From Octopus vulgaris (Eukaryota), in NCBI GenBank assembly GCA_951406725.2, contig OX597830.1, forward strand, positions 70,742,001-70,806,000: 64,000 nt of DNA, given 5' to 3'. Below the pieces are notes generated by a model. It saw only the letters and a program-made list of their open reading frames with translations. It was not told the origin of the DNA and searched no databases. Made by a program: the position numbers and the translations under genes. This document shows, piece after piece, positions 57,900 to 64,000 of the stretch. Numbering within the stretch: the first letter of the stretch is position 1; each line of letters begins with the position of its first letter.

Positions 57900-58618
57900 C
57901 TTCTCGGTCGGTGGCGGGATGCTCTTGGAGAGGTATCACTATTACCAATCAAAGATCACAAAGAATTTAATAATAATAATAATGTAAATAATGATAATGA
58001 TGATGATGATGGTGATGTCGACGATGATGATAATGACAATATTAATAATATCTAAGTAATATGTCATCAATTTTACTATGTTTTTTAATTGTTATAAAAC
58101 GACTTAACAGATTTACAAAGCTATACAGTATGATTATTAAACGATAGAAAACAAAAGGAATAATGGAATAGAGGAATATAGGAATTGTATATTCGTATAC
58201 TTATGTATATATACATGTATACGAGGAACTCATGCGTTCCCCACCCAACCGTTGTCACAAACCCTTTACAAAATTTATAACCTCACATACGCGTGTGAGC
58301 GCATATGTGTGTATGTATGTGTGAGTATCTACATATATATTTTCATCCGCGAACATTATATATATATATATATATATACACATATATACATCAATATATA
58401 TATATATATATATATATATGAACACAAGCACTCTGACACACACACATACACAGATACAGACACACAAACACACATGCATATATGTATGTATGTATGTATA
58501 TATGATTTATGATATAATTGCTTTTCCTAATACATTTCTGACCAAAGTAGATAATCACGCACTGAGGAAAGGAATTCAGTACTACTTTGAAGAGGTAGAA
58601 CCGTATTTATTTTATTAC

Positions 58619-58668
<50 letters not shown>

Positions 58669-58709
58669 GCAATTATAACGAATATTAAAATCTCTCCCTA
58701 TATACATAC

Positions 58710-58776
<67 letters not shown>

Positions 58777-59221
58777 CATATACATAATATAATAACACAT
58801 ACATAAACACTCTGAATTACATACGTACATTTCTGGGTTGCGAAAAAAATACATTTTGTTTTTGTTGTTCACGAAGAGGAAAACTCCACTGATAACGCGA
58901 ATTCACTTCGATTTAATTTGATAGGGCCATTAAAATTTTTGAATCTCAACTGTAATCTATTTACTGACGCAGTTCTAAAGGGATAGAATTTTGACACCTG
59001 AAGAAATTTATTGAATGTGAATGGAAGAGTTATTTGAATGCATTGTAAACGGCTTAAATGCCTCTTCTGTGGCGAATTCGGTTCAGCATCGATACGGTTT
59101 CAGATTGAGTAAGCGTATATATTTATATATAGACACATTCATATAAGACGAACTAGACTCTAGGCCCTTGAAACCATCTATATAGTTTCACAGCTAATGA
59201 GAGGGCATATGATTATACATA

Positions 59222-59630
59222 TAGACGCAGGAGTGGCTGTGTGGTAAGTAGCTTGTTTACCAACCACATGGTTCCGGGTTCAGTCCCACTGCGTGGCATC
59301 TTGGGCAAGTGTCTTCTGCTATAGCCCCGGGCCGACCAATGCCTTGTGAGTGGATTTGGTAGACGGAAACTGAAAGAAGCCTGTCGTATATATGTATATA
59401 TATATGTGTGTGTATGTGTGTGTGTGTGCTTGTCCCCCTAGCATTGCTTGAAAACCGATGCTGGTGTGTTTACGTCCCCGTCACCTAGCGGTTCGGCATA
59501 AGAGACCGATAGAATAAGTACTGGGCTTATAAAGAATAAGTCCCGGGGTCGATTGCTCGACTAAAGGCGGTGCTCCAGCATGGCCGCAGTCAAATGACTG
59601 AAACAAGTAAAAGAGTAAAAAGTAAAAGAG
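59222..59630 (+). mobile_element. Full-length family A SINE
   Basis: Head to (GAGTAAAA)n tail. Confidence 0.9.
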
Positions 59631-59669
59631 TATATATATATATATATATATATAGATAGATAGATAGAT

Positions 59670-59730
<61 letters not shown>

Positions 59731-59974
59731 CAGATATACATATATATATGTACATATATATGTGCATGCGTGTGTAAATGTGTGAGTGTGTATGTGTGAA
59801 TGTAAAATTCTTTTGTTTACGTTATACTATACTGTACCTATATGCATTTCTACACACACAGACAAACTCACACATACTTACACACATACACACACTAACA
59901 GACACATACATACACACAAACACACATACACACACACACATGCACATAGAATCACTGAAAATGCAAACTTTCAT

Positions 59975-60269
59975 ACTCTTTACTCTTTACTCTTTACTTT
60001 TTTACTCTTTTACTTTATACTATTTACTCTTTACTCTTTACTCTTTACTCTTTTACTCTTTTACTTGTTTCAGTCATTTGACTGTGGCCATGCTGGAGCA
60101 CCGCCTTTAGTTGAGGAATTCGACCCCAGGACTTATTCTTTGTAAGCCTAGTCCTTATTCTATCGGTCTCTTTTGCCGAACCGCTATATTACGGGGACGT
60201 AAACACACTAGCATTGGTTGTCAAGCGATGTTGGGGGGGACAAACACACATACAAACGTATACACACAC

Positions 60270-60326
<57 letters not shown>

Positions 60327-60863
60327 TAAAAACGGTAAGATAACAAAAGAAAAAAAAGAGCTCTCAATATTATGTAAATAGAGGAAATTTATCTATAAAA
60401 TAATATGTTACATTTACTCAATAGTCAAGATAAAACTCTGAGTTTCAGATGCCGAAGTGGAAACCCACAACACCATCTCTTCGGTTATCTTTTTATAACG
60501 GTTTTTTTTTCATAGCGTTTTTCAAATGGCCAGATAACCGAAGAGATGGTGTTGTGGATTTCCACTTCGGCATCTGAAACTCAGAGTTTTATATATATAT
60601 ATTTAACGGTGGTGCATCAGCACGGCTGCAGTTCTGAGCTGAAACAAGAAAAAAAAAATATATGTATATATATGAATATATAAATATATATACATATATA
60701 CGACGGGCTTCTTTTAGTTTCCGTCTACCAAATACACTCAAAAGGCTCTGGTCGGCCCGAGGCTGTTGCAGAAGGCACTTGCCCAAGGTGCCACGCAGTG
60801 GAACTGAACCCGGAACCATGTGGTTCGTAAGCAAGCTACTTACCACACAGCCACTCCTACGCC
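59975..60863 (-). mobile_element. Family A SINE interrupted in its internal TA tract
   Basis: Expanded (ACTCTTT)n tail; body resumes near 60700. Confidence 0.85.
60430..60592. repeat. Fold-back, 61-bp arms, each a hammerhead-like motif (U4C variant)
   Basis: 60430-60490 versus 60532-60592, 1 mismatch; ataa-CCGAAGA-gatg[..]catc-t-GAAA-ctcagag-TT-ttat. Confidence 0.8.
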
Positions 60864-60976
60864 TATGTACAAAATGCTTGCAATCTGCGTAGAACAATGA
60901 TAATAATATTGGGATAATTGGGAGATAGATGTTGTGGATTATCATCATCATCATCATCATCATCATCCTTCTCCTC

Positions 60977-61056
<80 letters not shown>

Positions 61057-61711
61057 CATTATTATTTTTATTATTTTGTTATTGATGATTTCTGTGGTTA
61101 TTTCGTTTCTACTTTTAATGGATATTTATTTATTATATATATATATATATATTTATTTATTTATTTGTGATGTGATTCAAAGAGCAATGCTAGAAATTTA
61201 TTGCGAATAGTCTTCGCTTCAATGAAGTAATTCTCAAAGAGGCAACATTTACATTTCTCTAATTCTTCGTCGGCCATATCTCTAAATGGTCTTGCGATTT
61301 CCCAAAGATTAGCAACGAAATAAGAAAAAAATAATAAAAATAACAAGTAAATATAGAAATAATAAAAAAAAAAACCCAAGATCATCAGTCACGCAGCCAC
61401 CTACGCATGCACGGATTCACACAGACACAATGGCACTCATTGGCACGTATTAACACATGCGTGAACTCATAGATTTACACACTTATGTGTTTATATACAT
61501 GCACACCCACGCACACGCGAGAGCCAGAACATACGCGTATAAGCATTTTCGTCTGTGCGTATGCATGCATATACGTGTATATGTAGCACATGTGCCTGTG
61601 CATATATATATGTCTATTATATATGTGTGCACATATATATGCATATATATGTATGTATACATATATGTGTGCACACACACACACATATATATATTTATAT
61701 ATTGGTGTATA

Positions 61712-61754
<43 letters not shown>

Positions 61755-61891
61755 GATTTATAATATGTATATATATATTTATATATTATATATCATTTAC
61801 ATTATTATTATTATTATTATTATTAGTATTATATATATATATATATGCATAATTGTGTTTTTATATAATGTGTGTATATACATATGAAGGC

Positions 61892-61942
<51 letters not shown>

Positions 61943-61974
61943 AAGTAGATTCATATAGTTCTCTCTCTTTCACC

Positions 61975-62015
<41 letters not shown>

Positions 62016-62892
62016 AACACAACACTCACACACACTCACAGCGGTTTAATCTTTGATCTTATTATTGTAGATGTGATGTGGTGCTTGCTGGATTTAAGAT
62101 GATAAGATGTGTTTTCATAGATAAGTGAAAGATTATCGTTTAGCGAGTGTGTATGCCTGGGCATGGGTAGGTGTGTATGTATATATGTGCGTAAATAAGT
62201 GATCGTTTAACTGCGGGCAGACGAGAAGGAATGAGAGAAAAAAATATAAGGTGGGTGGTACCATATCCGAAAACAGATTGCAAGTGTTAATAGATCTTGT
62301 ACTGTTGTATTTCAAACGGTGTAGGGGCATTTTTTTTTGTATTTGTGTATGTATGCATATGTATGGATATGTATGCGTTTGTTCTTGACTGAGCATATAT
62401 ATATATGTGTGTGTGGAAGTGTGATGTGCGTGTGTTTGTGCTCTTGTGTATGAGAGTGCTTCTGTGGACGCTTATATGTGTAATTGGGTGGATGGGAAAG
62501 ATTAAGAAAAATTGATATTTCTGATATACACAATTGAAATTGTAATTTCATATTGGAACAAAAGTATTAATTCTGTTCGCTGATATTTACATATATGCAA
62601 GCACGTGTATGTATGTATGTATGTATGTATGTATGTATGTATGTATGTATGTATGTATGTATGTATGTATGTATGCATGCATGCATGTATATATATTCGT
62701 GTTTGTGTGAGTGCTTGTGTGTGTGTGTACGCATATATATGCATGTATATATATATATATATATGTATACATACACGCACGCACGCACACACACAAACAC
62801 ACACACACACACGCACATACACACACATTGCAAATAATACTTTTCAAAATATCTCTTTAGATATTTAAAGAAATCCGTAAAATTATCAAATA

Positions 62893-63274
62893 CTAGCAGT
62901 ATCGCCCGGCGTTGCTCAGGTTTGTAAGGGAAATAACTATAAAGCATTTTTAGAGAGTTATAGCCAAAAAATAGCAAAAAAATGGAAAAAAAATGATGGT
63001 AAATTTTTTTTTGAGAGTTAAAAAATGTCGAGTTGCGTCCCCTAGACAGTCTGTGGTTTGTGTTTCTGATTCTCGACCCCATGTCGAATTTATCGATTTT
63101 TTCAGAACTGGAGGAACTTTATCAAAATTTTCGCTGCGTTAGTTTTGAATTATGACATTGGGCTATGTGTGTGTCAAGTTTCATCAGAATCGGTTGAAAG
63201 CAGTGGTCAGGGTGAGGGTACAACCAAACAGACACACAGAAACACACACAGACAAACTGCCGTTTATATAGAGA
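62893..63274 (-). mobile_element. Complete non-autonomous Helitron
   Basis: 5' TCTCTATATAAAC; 3' CCTGAGCAACGCCGGGCGATACTGCTAG|T, matching the 49468-49495 terminus. Confidence 0.8.
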
Positions 63275-64000
63275 ATATTTACAAATTTTTAGGGAGTTGA
63301 GGGAGAAGCAAAGCGGCAAAGAATGTGACGAACTTTTGGAAAACAAATGTTCGTGTTTTGCCATCCTTGTTTGTAAGTTCTTTTCGTGTTCAACTATTCA
63401 GATACACTTGTTTTTTTTTAACAATCCGTATAGAAGCTGTATGTAATAATGGCGTTGACAATTAATTACAAGTTTAGATTCGGACTTATTTTGCCTTTCG
63501 ATGTCGATCATTTTCGCCTTGTATTTTTAATAAGGAGACATTTTGAATTCTCCTTTTGCACAAAGGTCTAGATTTTCACAATATTGAGCATTTCAAATCG
63601 ATTGACCTCCAATTTGCTCTTTGTGCACTCTCACGCGACTAGTCAGTTTTGTTGTCGCTTCTGCAGTGTATTTTCTGTTATTGTGTATATCATGCATTAG
63701 AAGAAATCTTGGATCTTTTCGGTTTGAACGGCAGTTTTTTCTAGCGGTTTCATATGAAATTGTCACCCATAATTATGACCCTAGTATCGATCTATTGCAT
63801 TTCAATCTGTTTTAGGGTTAGGGGTGGGGGGAAGGGTAACTTTTTTTCTTCAGAAATGTAAATAAACCCAATCTGTTGCTTAAACGAGGAACATATTCAT
63901 ACGGCACAGAATGTTTTCACCTCAATAGACGTCATTGATTGGTTGAAATTGCAGAAATTGAAGAAAAAACAATAACAATTATTTTACAAATTATAGAATT

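Noticed and set aside
58533-58600. CTGACCA with AAAGTAG/CTACTTT stem
   Set aside because: 3:8 pair broken and GAAA absent; too degenerate to call
61887-61896. AAGGCACGCG resembling miR-124
   Set aside because: Only a 10-nt match, no hairpin, embedded in TA repeats
63812-63823. TTAGGGTTAGGG telomeric repeat
   Set aside because: Only two units

Overview
AT-rich, microsatellite-saturated eukaryotic non-coding DNA, most likely from an octopus or related coleoid cephalopod (inferred from the tRNA-SINE families and repeat landscape). I found no supportable host gene, and nearly all ORFs in the track are microsatellite artefacts. The window holds four tRNA-derived SINE families, decayed Tc1, mariner and maT transposases, MITEs, Helitrons and a Helentron-type element, and fragments of an R4/Dong-like LINE and of L1/Tx1-like LINEs. 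The strongest unexplained signal is at least 11 short islands from several unrelated sequence families, each ending in (TA)n. Each carries a minimal type I hammerhead ribozyme, or its 3' half, about 45-200 nt upstream of that tail. Their cores covary at the 3:8 pair (C:G, U:A, G:C), and most have a palindromic stem III. Four islands are near-perfect fold-back palindromes that turn at or beside the ribozyme. This resembles Penelope-like retroelement termini that target or create (TA)n tracts. Coordinates were counted by hand and family names come from recall, not a database search.
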